Assembly (NCBI RefSeq): GCF_000143415.4
Contig: NW_003314285.1
Span: 1,561,471 to 1,625,470, forward strand
Direction of reading: 5' to 3'
DNA from: Selaginella moellendorffii
Taxonomy: Eukaryota; Plantae; Lycopodiophyta
DNA length: 64,000 bases
Under the pieces are notes generated by a model. The model saw only the letters and a list, made by a program, of their open reading frames with translations, was not told the origin of the DNA and made no database searches. A program made the position numbers and the translations under genes. Positions 21,429 to 33,682 of the stretch are shown here, piece by piece. Within the stretch, counting starts at the first letter, position 1, and every line of letters starts with the position of its first letter.

Positions 21429-22977
21429 CTAGAAATATTTTCTCTGATATATTTCAAACAGGATAGAAGCGCGCGGCACTGCCAGGAGCTCGAGAGGGAT
21501 CGCGCGAGGGATCGTGAGGCCACTCTCCTCGCTCATATCCAGCCGCGATAGCCCTGGCGGTAAGCTCCAGTGGAATCCGTGCAGCAAGTTCGCGAGGACG
21601 AGCATCACCATCGTGAATCCCAGCTGAATCCCGGGGCATCCACGCCGGCCGGATCCAAACGGGAGCACCTCAAAGTCGCGGCCGCGGACATCGATCGCGC
21701 CGCTGCCCAGGAATCTCTCGGGTTTGAAAGCCAGGGGATCGCTCCACGACGCCTCGCTCCTGGCGATCCCATAGATGTTGATGAAGACGCGAGTTTTTGG
21801 AGGAATGGTGTAGCGCTCGAGTTGGCACTCGTGCGTTGTCTCGTAGATGAGGATGGTGGATGCAAGCGCAGTGTTTCCTTCACCACCGCGGTTAGAAACT
21901 CGAGCTCCTCCAGTCGATCTTCCTCCACGAGCGAATTTCTGCCGAAAGTTTGGAGGAGCTCCTCTTGTGCTCGCTCCAGCGATCGAGGATTGTTGATGAG
22001 CTCCGCCATCGCCCACTCCACCGTCAAAGCGCTGGTGTCAGTGCCGCCTCCTATCACATCCTGGAAGTGGACGATCGATCGAAACAACAACAAAGAGATC
22101 AAGAGATTCTTACACTGATGAGTCCCTTGCGATCGCGATCCGTGCGGCAAATCTCGTCGTTTCGAAGGGTGGCAGTGATGAAATCGTCACTGCCACTGCT
22201 ATTGCCGCGGTGTTCGTCGATCTCTTTCTGGATGATATCGTCTATCTCGCCGTGAACTCTTTTCATGCGCGCCACCTTTGCGAGATCCAACCACCAGAGC
22301 CAAGGTACGTAGTCGCCGACGTGAACTTCCCCGCCAGCAACGAAGGATTCTTTCATCGCTCGCTTGTAAACCCCGGCCGAGGATCGGGAGCTCTCCGACG
22401 ATCCCATGACACACACTCGCATGATATCGAAAGTGAGATCCGCGAGCAAGCTCGTCAAGTTCACGCAAATCCCCGCCTTGGACATCTCCTTTGCTCTCGC
22501 CATCGCTGCCGCAACCTCGGCCGCTCGCACCGGCCGCGATTCCTCGATTCGTCTCGAGGTCAGGAGCTCCAGCGAGCAAAGCTTGCGCAAGTTTCTCCAC
22601 TGCTGGCCGTAGGGAGCCCATAGAATCCCCGCCGCGTTGTCTCCCAGGATCCTGGAGGCCGCCAAGCTGGGCCGCGATGAGAAGACGATGTCGTTCACCT
22701 TGAGAGCCTCTCGAGCAAACTCGGGCGACGAGATAAGCAGGCATGGATATGATCCAAGCTTGAGCATTAGACACGGGCCATAGCGCTCGGCCAGTTCGAT
22801 GAAGGAGACGTGTGGCAATTTGCCAAGTAAGTGAAGGTGGCCGATTATCGGGAGAGCAAATCCTGGCGAGGGGGGCAAATTACCTCGGTAGATCCTTGTT
22901 CTTGGCGCGAAGAACAGACTCCAGGCAATCCATGATAGAAAAATTGCTGCCGTGCCGATTTGAAACAAGCCCTCCAT
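21429..22977 (-). pseudogene. Cytochrome P450 (A-type/CYP71 clan) with a frameshift after the ExxR motif; exons 22977-22114 and 22060-21429
   Basis: Membrane anchor plus LPPSP..LPIIGHLHLL, WRNLRK, I-helix GGTDTS and KETLRLHPP. PERF and the heme motif FGSGRRGCPG lie in a different frame after ~21855. One 53-nt GT-AG intron. Confidence 0.85.
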
Positions 22978-24711
22978 AGCCAAGTAAAAAACGGAGTTCT
23001 TGGAAATGGTCGTCCAGAAGTTTATTGTCACGAGACAAGGTGGCACTGTTGAAAGATTTGGAGTTTAGTTTCGAGTCGGGCATCTCTAATTTGAAACTCT
23101 GTAGCGATTTTGTTACACCCCCGGACCCTTGCATGATCTTCTATAAGATCACTGTCACAAAGGCTGCATTAGTCAAGATCTCCAGCGATTGATTGATCGA
23201 TCAATCGCTCTCCATCCACTCCCATGTGATCGCAAATCACTAATTAAGTAGGGGGATATCGATCCAGGAAGACGTGCTCGATCGTCTCGAGCCCGACTTG
23301 ATTGATGTTTCATTTCCCTCTCGATCCCAACACTTGGCTCGAGTTGACTGTCCAAATTCACTGGTCGGATAGATGCGATCAAATCAATCACGCGAGGGAG
23401 AGCTTTACAACATGGGGCGGATTAAAAGTATTCCAGGGCAGAGAGATCCCTTCAACAAGACCACGTTAACGAACTTAAAACCCTTTCTGTCACTTCCAAG
23501 GCCAGCAAACCCTCACATGCCAGCCATCCAAAAGCTTGCATTTCTTCCAGCAAACACTTGCCAGGCAAAAGGAAAGAGAAGATGCCGCCCTAACACGTGT
23601 CATAGTGGCGTGGCGGCAGGAATGACACGTCGCGTCCACGTCCGCACGTTTTTCTCACATTCGTTTTCGAATCAATGTGAGTGAGTGGCACCACCAAATT
23701 TGCGAGCTCCCTTTCGTTGTTCCACCAACTTTTCTTGCGGGGAGATGCTAGGTCTGGGCAATTCTTCCACAGCTTTTGGGGGAATTGAATGGCGCGATAT
23801 GGAAACATTGTCGCTCATGGGCGCGATTTAATCGCGAGCACGCCAAGCCAAACCAATTTGGTTGGAGCAACCAGCACAAGAGATTGAATGCGTTATACTT
23901 TAATGGTGGCCAAGGATCTTGGACAGCATATTCCATACACACCCCTCCAATCATTGGACGAGAAGCTTATACCAAGTCTTATCATTCGTAGATTTTGTCG
24001 TCCTTGCAAGTGATCTACGATCAGCGTTAACAAGAGCTCGCGATCAATCACAATCTCCGCCCACTCTTTCGGCTTTCGTAAACAAATCCCCCGAGGAGGC
24101 TTCGATACATTGCAAAATCAACAAGGTTTAGCTTGGCGGCCAAGATTTGCATCCAAATCTTTCGGCTTTCTAGAAGAAGCTCGGCTGGCTGTTTGATTAT
24201 TCACGGCTGGCCCTGGGACGAAAAGATTGGCTGGCGTTTCCTCATCACACTCCATATACATGGTATGTAGTTGCGGGTGTAGAAATACTATATTGTTTCT
24301 ATAACTATGACATTGTGTGGGTGTGTCTATGTGTTGTTGTTGTTGTAAGTCCAGACTTTCATTTGGCATGTGATGTCCACTTCTCGCACTGCCAAGGGCT
24401 TTACTAGTGATTGATTGATTGATAGATTTCTTCGACCTCCCTCCTTTTTTTAATTTCCCTGCTTTCGCGGCGGCGGGCGGGCGCGCCGGTTATACGCCAT
24501 GTCTTGCCAGCCTTTCCAAGACCTAAAACCCAGTCTTTGAAAACATGGAAAATATGAACAAGACGATGGAAAAGCGAAAACGCCTCGCAAGAAGTCCATG
24601 AAAACAAAAGCCCTGACCTCCACCACATTGATCTCGTGGTAGCGGGAAATTTTTCTTTTGCCCTTTCACGACGCATATTCTCTGGAATCGACGGGAGATT
24701 GCATGCGAATG

Positions 24712-24976
24712 ACGTGGCTCGTGGATACCTAACACATAGCTGGATCTTTCGCACACGCAATTGTTTTGGAGGGAGGGGATATTCCCATCGCCCATAATCC
24801 CGTACCATTGATTGATCAAGCAAAGCCTAGTGCCCGTAGAGGCAGCTCACGCAGCGCTGGCAAACATGGCCAGCTGCCCTCTTGGTGGCCGTCGGATGGT
24901 GGAATCGGAGGGCGGAGCACGTGGTGGCGCTTTCACACGGCTGCGCATATCTAGCGGTTAGTGCAACGGCCACGTG
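24712..24976. promoter_or_regulatory. G-box/ABRE-like motifs upstream of the TTL gene
   Basis: ACGTGGC at 24712, CACGTG at 24918 and GCCACGTG at 24969-24976. Motif match only. Confidence 0.25.
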
Positions 24977-25653
24977 GTGCGGGTCGCGGATCCGACGGCC
25001 CATGTCTCGCCACCACGGCGCGGCATTACGGATCCGGGGCCTCGCGGCGGATCGGACGGCTGGCGTTGCCGAGGGCTCTTTGGGGCGGCTTTTAGCGATG
25101 GCCTATTTGTGCGTGTGTAGGTAGCTTAGAGTTCTTGCATTGGCGCACTGGCGCATTCTAGTAGCGGTAGATATAGCGGCATTGGAGGCTTCGATCGATC
25201 GATCGATTCACGGAGGCGCCGGTGCCGCGCTGCTCGAAATTCTTTGATCCGCGGCGTGTGGATCTGCATTGGCGCTAGGAATCGCCTAGGTCGCGCTCGC
25301 TGTGCTAGATCGACCCGGCTAATCGATATTTCGGGCGCTCAAGCTCGCTTGACGGCCACTCCAGCTCCAGCGGGGGATGACTGTGAGGCATTGCTTCACT
25401 ACCCTAGCAGCGCTGGAGGACGAGGAGGCGTCCTTCGTGAATGCAGGCGGCGGCACATCCCCTGCATTCTCTCGCTCGTTTATGGTACCAGATGTGCGTA
25501 GATCTGACACATTTCCAGTGAAGCCGGGCTTGATCGCGCTCCCCTGATTCGCAGCATTGCGATTTTCTTTCCAGCATTGGTTTGGGAAGCAACGCAGAGG
25601 ATCGTCTGAAATTTCGAGGTAAATTTCTATCAACCATCCACTGAATCGTGGAT

Positions 25654-28600
25654 ATGGCGCAGTGCTATGCGGAAAGCAAGCCCATCGGCACTTTCGACAT
25701 GCATGGCGGGAGGCTGTATTGCTCTGGCTATGGTGGCGACCATCTCAAGCCATTTAGAAGCTACTCCAAGTACGCGGCGGCATCGGCGGCTAACAGCGCG
25801 GAGATGATCGTGCCAATGTTTTTCAAGCAGCAGAAGCACAATCAAACCAGCCGAGCATCGCTTGAGACCGTTTCCACGAGCACCACTCTGGAGGCGGCGA
25901 ATCCTCCAGAGGCCGATCGCATCGCAGATGCCACTGTCAAGCTGGGATTGCCGAGCGACGAGATTCCAAAGCCACCTGTGATGAGGAAACTGTCTGGGGA
26001 GCTTACAGCGCCCACCAAGAAGGCCGATTCCAAGACCGAGATCGGGAGTTCCAGATCCGATGTAGACGGTGCGGTCGCAGCTCCCAAGCCATCCAGTAGA
26101 CACAGCTCGGGAGAAATCACTTCGGAAGTGGGAGAGGCTCCATCGACAAGCCAACCTTCGAAGCTAATTGGCGGTGTGGTGGCCAATGGCAGTGGAGGAA
26201 CTATTGGTGGTACGAGGACGAGGATTTCTAAAGCCGCAGCATCGTCTCACCAAAGCTGGCCTAGCAGCCCAGCTAACTTTCGACCGGCTCCAAGGACTCG
26301 CAATCTCAGCGAAGGAAGCTTTAGTATGATCTTCCCGGAGGAGGGACACAGCAGATTATATTTCACCAGTCCAACGAAAGCGAGATCGAAGGAACCAACC
26401 AAAGTGTCTGACGTTCAAGACAGCAAGGCCGGCTTCGCGACGAACTCTGCGTTTCCTGACAGGAAGCCGGATGGAGTTGTGAGAGTAACTCCAAAACGAG
26501 GAGAGTTGACGGAAGGTGGCGGCAAGGCAAGGAGTTATACCGGGAGTCCTCCTCGAACGCTGAACAAGGAGGTTCCATCCATTCGACATTCCAGAAACGT
26601 GAGTGATGGAAACTGGGGAGTGTTCAACAATGGCGCGAGGGGAGGCAACCTTTTCCGGTCAAACCTTTCAGCCTCTAAGCCTCAGGTTCCTGCTGCTGAG
26701 AAAGCTACGCCTCCATCGATCAAGCCAACCGGAGCAGCAGCAAAAGTTCAAAGTGAAGGGATGAATTGCGGGTTTGTTTCTGGCGGTAGCTTTGCCAGAG
26801 GCGGTGTCCCTGCCGGTGAGAAGACCTCCGTTGCGCAGGAGTCGACGATACCATCTTACGGCAGCGTAAGTAAAGGTGGTGCACTCGCTAGTAGCAACGA
26901 TCCTCAAAAACCGAACGGTAAAAAGGTCACGGCTGAGTCTTATGGAACTGGAAATGTGTTCCTCATGGGCGAAAGTATGTTGCTGAAGAAGGCTCTCACC
27001 AGCAAGGACGCAGAAGAAGTTAAGAACATCGGAAACGACCAGTATAAGAAAGGCCACTTCCTGGAGGCCTTGTCTCTGTACGATCGAGCGATATCTTTGT
27101 CACCTGGTCAAGCGCCTTACCACAGCAACAGAGCAGCCGTTTTGGCAGCACTGGGACGCTTGGTTGAGGCTGTACAGGAATGCCAACAAGCCATCGTCCT
27201 TGATCCAAGTTATTCTCGTGCACACTTGCGGCTAGGAACACTGTTTCTCAGGTACAGTCCCAGTTTTCCAACTCCTTGCTGCATCATCTTATGGTTGGTG
27301 TCTTGTTCCAGACTAGGATGGACAGACGAGGCGAAAAGGCATTTGCAAGGAAATGAAGGCGGAGACTTGCAGCGATTGGAAAGTATTGCTCTTCATCTAG
27401 CCAAGTGTCACGACGCGAGAAGGCTGAGAGATTGGCAAATGGTTATAAGAGAGAGTGATGCGGCTGTCGTTGCGGGTGCGGATTCCTCGGTCCAGGTACG
27501 TAGTTCCCGGTGTAAGTATGTTCTCAAGTTTTTTCTTCAAAATGCAGGCATACGCTCTCAAGGCAGAAGCTCTGCTAAACCTTTGTAAGGTGAACGAAGC
27601 TGATAGGGCCATTTTGTGCGCCCAGCGGAATTTGAAACAAAAGCATGTAGTGGACGAACGCGTGTACTTCATCGCTCAAGCGAAGATAGACCTGGCTCAA
27701 GGACGGTAATGTTTTAAATGCTTATGTCCAATACCTGATTCAAGTTACAGGTTTGAAGAAGCGCTTCAAGCAGCAGAGAAAGCTAGCGCAAACGAACCGT
27801 TCAATGCGGAAGTTTCTGGATTCGACAAGACAGTCCGTAGGTTAGTGAAGGCAAGAGCAACCGGCAATGACCTTTTCAAGGCTGGCAAATTCCTCGAGGC
27901 TTCAACCGCTTACGGCGAGGGATTGGAGCTCGATCCAGAAAATGCCATCCTATACTGCAACAGAGCAGCATGCAGGTCGAAGCTCCGGCTTTGGGAGAAG
28001 GCTATTGAGGACTGTAACGCTGCCCTCAACGTACAGCCCAGTTACACAAAGGCTCTTCTCCGACGTGCACAGTGTTACACCCAGGTACTTCAATCTCTAT
28101 TACTTGCTGATTGATAGGCCTGTCGTTTAATATGATGCAGCTTGAGCGATGGGACAGTGCACTCGAAGACTACATGGTTCTGAAAAGTAAGCTTCCTGGG
28201 GACGTGGAAGTTGCCAGGGCACTGTTCGAAGTGCAAATCGCTCAGAAGAAAGCAAGAGGAGAAGAAGTTTACAAAGTCAGTTTTGGAGGAGGTGGAGTCG
28301 AGGAGGTCTATAGCCCCGACCAATTCAAGGAAGCCATCACATCTCCAGGTATTACACAGCCAAGTGCTGCATGGCGGTGAGAAACCCACTCTAAGCTTGT
28401 GCTGTGCTTTCAGGTCTAGCTGTCGTTCATTTCATAACCAGATGGAGCGAGCGGTGCAAGCAGATTACGCCGTTTATCAATTTATTGTCAAAAAGATATC
28501 CTTCTGTCAACTTTGTCAAGGTAGCCGCTCCTTTTTTTTATGCTTTGCTTTTCTCAGCATCTAATTCGCTGCAGGTTGATATCGAGGACCACCCATTTCT

Positions 28601-28727
28601 GGCCAAGACTGAGGGTGTAGGTACCGTCCCAACTTTCAAGCTGTACAAGAACGGGCTTAAAGTAACCGAGATGCTGGGTCCTAGCCAACAAAAGCTCGAA
28701 GATGCGGTGCAGCACTATATTTTATAG
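25654..28727 (+). CDS. TTL: TTL (tetratricopeptide repeat thioredoxin-like) protein, ~7 exons
   Basis: Long low-complexity N-terminus, TPRs (EEVKNIGNDQYKKG.F.EALSLYDRAI; GNDLFKAGKF.EA..AYGEGL...LYCNRAAC) and a C-terminal Trx-like domain (HFITRWSERC...FVKVD...VPTFKLYKNG). GT-AG introns at ~27252-27311, 27496-27548, 27706-27751, 28085-28140, 28349-28413 and 28521-28573. Confidence 0.9.
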
Positions 28728-30428
28728 CCCGAGGTGCATGACTTAGTGGAGGGAATAAGGAGGAAGCACCAGTAGCAGGCGAGAAACAATTTTTTTGCAG
28801 GCAAATGAAATAACTTCTTGGCTCGAGAAGTTTGCCTGGTGACTTAGAGAGCTACATTACAAGCGCAGGCAGCCCAAGTGTAAAAAGAAAGGGTGTTAGA
28901 GACGGAGAGCATGGTGGGCTGGCTGCTGCGACCTGAAAGCTTTGCTTTATCTGTAGTAAGTGCTCCAACTCTTTTGTATACGGAAGCTGGTTTTTTCGTT
29001 TCTTTACCTGTCTCTTTGCTTTCCCGGTAGAAGGCATTTGAGAAAGCAAGCCTGGATGCTTGCTTGGTATTGGAAGCACAGGTTCGAGGCAGTTGCTTTT
29101 GCAGACGTTACTGATTATTTGATGAGTTGCTGATGATCCAGGAAGAACTTTTGGGGAATTGTTTTGTGGATAACTTGAGTATCTTCCAAGCGTTTTCAGG
29201 TCTGGGCTCTATACTTAATAATTTCGGAAAGGCAAGCTCCATTTACTCACTTACATTCCTTCGTTGCAGGATAAAGACTCGCTCCTCTGTGACTTGCAGC
29301 AGTCATTGGTTTTAATGAAATACAAGACATGTTAGTTTTCAATCAGGGCCGAGTTGGAGAGGTACCTCTCAACTCACAATCTCTTTCACTTTGGAGGCGA
29401 TTAAATGTTCGCAGTCGTCACTCAACAAGTCCGTGCTCTCTGGTGCTGCATCTTTTTTCTTGCTAAATCACCACTCACTCGTGTGTTCTTGTTACTTTTC
29501 GCAATTTTTATATTTCACAAGGAGCCTCGTCTTCCTGAATCCTGGCTGGCTGCCACTATACGCCAAGCCCATGCCTGTACTGAGCAGCGATGCCACTGGA
29601 GGCATCATGGCTTTGTGTTTGGAACGGCATTCTCTCTTCTTGCCTCAATCAATCAACCAACGTGCTCGCTGCAGCAGAGAGAGGTATTCTTTGCTGCTTT
29701 GGCTTTCCTTCTCTGGTTTTGTTTTAATGTGTTTTCTTTTCTCTTTTGCTTCCAGCACATCCTTGCGGCAGTCTTTCTTTATTCCTGTGGACATGATGGT
29801 GATGATGAGTTGAAGAGGGGCTCTCCTGCTCCTTGTGCAGCTGCGCACTGAAAGGCTCTGGCGATGCTCCCTGGCGTCTTATCTACTCATCTGTCGTTCT
29901 ATCTATCTACCATACAAGGCAGGCAGACTTTGGCGTGGCACTGACTGGCTTTACTTGCTTCTGCCAAGTTTTCTTTGCATTTACATCTACGGTGTTTCAC
30001 GAGTCCTTCGCATTCACGGCCACTTCTTTCTCTAAACGCTTTACTGATCCGACTGTGACTGTTGTTAGGTGGGCAGCCAAAGACAGCGAACAAGCCCAGG
30101 CGAGACGGGAATTCATTCGACTGTGAGTATGAGTTGTTCTCTTCTTCTTTTATTTCTAATCTTTATCTTGCGTCTGAACAAAGGCATGGGAACTGTTGTA
30201 TTTTGTGATTGGACTTTCTGATACGCGCATTCATGCAGCCAGCCAGCCAGCCAGCCAGAGCCTGAACCAATCTCTTTGAAACAAAGCATTCGCCGGACGT
30301 CCCCCTTTTTTCTACAGTAAACAAGTATATTGTATCAGCAGCCAAGTAAAGTCGAGTTCGTGCGGAACCTGGCCCAGGTAAGAGCTAAGCAGCCGTTGTT
30401 AAAATGAAAGTACTCACCGGAGGATCTT

Positions 30429-32435
30429 TCACGTCACAGTCAACCGGGAGGAATCATTTTCTTGCTTCGGCTGTACTCTCTGCGACGGAGGAGCAGCACA
30501 AGCGTTGGCAAGCAACACGTAAGTAATTGCAACACTGGAGTCAATCTCCATGACACGCATTGCCGCGGTGCTTCCAACGTGCTGATCGTTTGCATTGCAG
30601 GTGCTGAGCAGTGACGCCCACTCCACCACGTCTGGCACGTAAGGCATGGCCGCGACAAGCTCCTCTGCCTCCTTCACGTAGCCGGCACGTCCAAACAGCC
30701 GGACCATGCAACAGTAGTGCTGCTTCGTTGGTCGAATTCCAAAGTCCATCACCATGGAGATAAAACACGACTTGCCAGTCTCCAGCTCCCCGTCATGACA
30801 ACACGAGATGAGAAGGAGCACAAAGCAGACGTCACTGGCCGCGTCCAGAGCGCTCATGCCCATGAAGAGGTCCTGCGCGTCTTTGGCATGCCCAGCGTGG
30901 GAGTACCCAGCCAGCATGGTGCTCCAGGAAATCGAATCCTTGCTGGGCATGGCGTCAAACGTTCGTCTTGCAAGAAGGACACGACCGCTTTGGAAATAGG
31001 CAGACATGATGGTGTTCCAAGAGACTACGTCTCGCTCTGGCATTTCATTGAAGGTACGCATCGCTTCTGTGACATGACCAGCTTGGGCATAGGCTGACAG
31101 GATTGTGTTCCAGGTGATCAGATCTTTGAGCGGGGTTTCGAGAAACAGTGCCCTTGCGGCTTCCAGATGACCGCCACGCGTGTACGACGCCACCATCGCG
31201 TTCCACGACGTGGTATCCCTCTCTGGCATCGTATCAAAGATATATCGTGCGAAATCTACATGCCCGGATTGGGCATAGGCAGCCAGCAGTGCAGTCCACG
31301 ACACAAGATCTTTCTGTGGCATCTTGGCAAAAAAAATTCTGATCGGTTCAACGTCTGGATCCTGAGCAAGGTAAGCAAGAAAAACATTGCATGATATTAC
31401 GTTGACCACAGCGATCTGGGAAAACAGTTCTTTTGCAGCACCATAGTTCTTGCTGCGACAATACAATGTGAGAAGTATGTTGTACGAGACGAGATCGCGC
31501 TCTGGCATCTCACGAAATAGAAGCTCCACCTCTTTTAAGCGCTCCGCCTTGCAGCACGAAGCTAGAAAGGCATTCCAGGACATTAAATCCCGCGCAGGCA
31601 TTTCCCTGAACAGGTTTCTCGCTTGCTCGATATGCCCGTGGTGGGCATATCCAGTTAGCATAGTGTTCCAGGTGACGAGGTTGTGCTCCGGCATCTTATC
31701 GAACGTGAGCTTAGCATCTTCGAGATTCCCGGTTCTGGAATATGCGGCTAGCATCGTGTTCCAGGATACCAAGTCATGCTCGCCCATTAATGAAAAGAAC
31801 TTCTTTGCATCTACGATGAGTGAGTGGCTTGAGTATGCTCCCAGCATTGCGTTCCAAGCAACTAAGTCCCACTCTGGCATGTTCTCAAATACTTGTACTG
31901 ATCCTGCTAGATGCCCACATTGGGTATATGCTGTCACCATTGCCGTGCAAGCTATAAGGTTCCACAATGGCATCTCTTGAAACATTTCCCTAGACTGTTT
32001 AAAATATCCAGCCTGTACGTAACCTACTAACATTGTAGAATATGAGATCATGTCAGGTTCTGGCATAGTATCAAAGATCAACTTCGCGTGGTGTATTTCA
32101 CCCATTTGGGCATATCTGTCTAGCATTGCCGTAGAAGAAACTTTCGTCCTATAAGGCATTTCCTGGTCAATGAATTTTTTGGCGTTTTCAATATCCCCAT
32201 TTCTTGTGTAGGCAATGAGCATGAAATCCCATGAGAATGAGTCTTTTACACAAATGTTATCAAATACTTGTCTAGCATGCTTTAGGCTCCCACATTTTCC
32301 ATACATTTCAACCAGCTTATTTAGTATATATGTATCTGTGGGGTAGATAAGTTGTTGGATTTGAGCATGAATTCTCCTTCCTCTAGATAAATTTGCAGTG
32401 TTGCCAATTACACGAAGGCATTCATTTCTATCCAT
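30429..32435 (-). CDS. PLS/SS-type PPR protein with E domain
   Basis: 668-aa ORF with a long array of 31-aa repeats, ending HYCCMVRLFGRAG...WASLLSTC...TYVLLAN. Confidence 0.93.
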   Translation of the reverse strand: MDRNECLRVIGNTANLSRGRRIHAQIQQLIYPTDTYILNKLVEMYGKCGSLKHARQVFDNICVKDSFSWDFMLIAYTRNGDIENAKKFIDQEMPYRTKVSSTAMLDRYAQMGEIHHAKLIFDTMPEPDMISYSTMLVGYVQAGYFKQSREMFQEMPLWNLIACTAMVTAYTQCGHLAGSVQVFENMPEWDLVAWNAMLGAYSSHSLIVDAKKFFSLMGEHDLVSWNTMLAAYSRTGNLEDAKLTFDKMPEHNLVTWNTMLTGYAHHGHIEQARNLFREMPARDLMSWNAFLASCCKAERLKEVELLFREMPERDLVSYNILLTLYCRSKNYGAAKELFSQIAVVNVISCNVFLAYLAQDPDVEPIRIFFAKMPQKDLVSWTALLAAYAQSGHVDFARYIFDTMPERDTTSWNAMVASYTRGGHLEAARALFLETPLKDLITWNTILSAYAQAGHVTEAMRTFNEMPERDVVSWNTIMSAYFQSGRVLLARRTFDAMPSKDSISWSTMLAGYSHAGHAKDAQDLFMGMSALDAASDVCFVLLLISCCHDGELETGKSCFISMVMDFGIRPTKQHYCCMVRLFGRAGYVKEAEELVAAMPYVPDVVEWASLLSTCNANDQHVGSTAAMRVMEIDSSVAITYVLLANACAAPPSQRVQPKQENDSSRLTVT

Positions 32436-32544
32436 ATTTATACTTGTCCATGCAACAAAATATATGTATTAATGCTCCAAAATCTAATGTCCATTCATTC
32501 ATTTATATACTATTGAAACAAGACTATATAACCCAATTAACCTA

Positions 32545-32550
<6 letters not shown>

Positions 32551-32582
<32 letters not shown>

Positions 32583-32596
32583 ATATAATTATATAA
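32551..32596. repeat. (CT)n microsatellite followed by an AT-rich tract
   Basis: About 14 TC units are visible. A shorter version occurs in the duplicate at ~56465. Confidence 0.85.
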
Positions 32597-32807
32597 TCAA
32601 TGTTTGTATCCATACAATTTCCCAGAAGAGTGGGAGTGAACATTTTTCTCTACATCAGTCAGATGAGTATATTCTTAGGATATGTGCAATTGTATATTGG
32701 AGACAATAAAATTTTGTTTGGTGCATTAAACCAAAAGTGTAATATTACTTTTAAAATGGATATACTTTTATATATAATACAATTATATTTATATTATAGA
32801 GATAAAA

Positions 32808-33632
32808 ATGGCAATATTGATATTATTTGTTATTCTTCTAAGTTTTTATGAATGTCAAGCATATGTATCTAATAGATCTATTCAAGAATGTGTTATTAAT
32901 TCTACTCATCATAATATGCCTTCACCTCAAGACTACTCTAACTTCTTAAACATTACCTATAGCTATATAATTTTAAGAAATAATATAGAAAATAAAATAT
33001 ATAAATTTTCCTATAATAACATAAATTTTACACTTACATTAAGCTTAAAAATTGTAAGCTTTGAAGAAAAACAACATGATTTTGAGCAAGCTCTAAAATT
33101 TATTTTCAGTACCTGTTTTATAAAAAGGAAAAACAAAGTTGGCTATGTCATATTATATGATGGAAGTTTTGCAATTACGGTTCAAATTACAGATTTACAT
33201 ATATCTAAAAACGAAAGTATATCTCTATTAAAAAGAAAATATTATTATAATTCTAATTGTTATTTAGAAGTCAATTCTATAAGTAATCCTTCAACACTTT
33301 ATACAGATCAATTTTTAATTTCTCCAAATGGTAAAGTTGTTTTTATTCTTGAATCACATTGCAACCTTGTTTTGTACTTTGAAAGAAATAAAATTTGGGA
33401 ATCAAGTACAACACAATATGGTTATAATTGTATGTTGAAATTTCAAAAAAATGGTAATCTTATTTTAAATCTAATAGAGAAAACAGTATGGGAAATTAAT
33501 CAATTTTGTAAATTCCTTGGTTGCACTTTATTTTTTACTATTCAAAATGATTGTAATGTAGTTATATACTCTGAAAAACGTCCTAACAATGTTTGGTGGG
33601 CATTAGGTAGTGATAAGTTATGTTCTCATTGA
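32808..33632 (+). CDS. Secreted protein with an unassigned N-terminal domain and a C-terminal bulb-type (B-type/GNA-related) lectin domain
   Basis: Signal peptide MAILILFVILLSFYECQA. The C-terminus has three beta-prism subdomains: LESHCNLVLY..W, FQKNGNLIL..VW and IQNDCNVVIY..W (the third is an intact QxDxNxVxY). Intronless and very AT-rich. Confidence 0.8.
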   Translation: MAILILFVILLSFYECQAYVSNRSIQECVINSTHHNMPSPQDYSNFLNITYSYIILRNNIENKIYKFSYNNINFTLTLSLKIVSFEEKQHDFEQALKFIFSTCFIKRKNKVGYVILYDGSFAITVQITDLHISKNESISLLKRKYYYNSNCYLEVNSISNPSTLYTDQFLISPNGKVVFILESHCNLVLYFERNKIWESSTTQYGYNCMLKFQKNGNLILNLIEKTVWEINQFCKFLGCTLFFTIQNDCNVVIYSEKRPNNVWWALGSDKLCSH

Positions 33633-33682
33633 CATGTCTAAAATAAATTATCATATAACATCTCTTTAAAACAAAAGAGTTA

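Noticed and set aside
23765-23785. TTCCACAGCTTT, resembling the 5' part of miR396
   Set aside because: Only 12 nt match, the 3' half diverges, and I see no precursor hairpin.
28414-28460. Thioredoxin active site reading WSERC instead of WCGPC
   Set aside because: A degenerate Trx-like site is expected in TTL proteins, so it is not novel.
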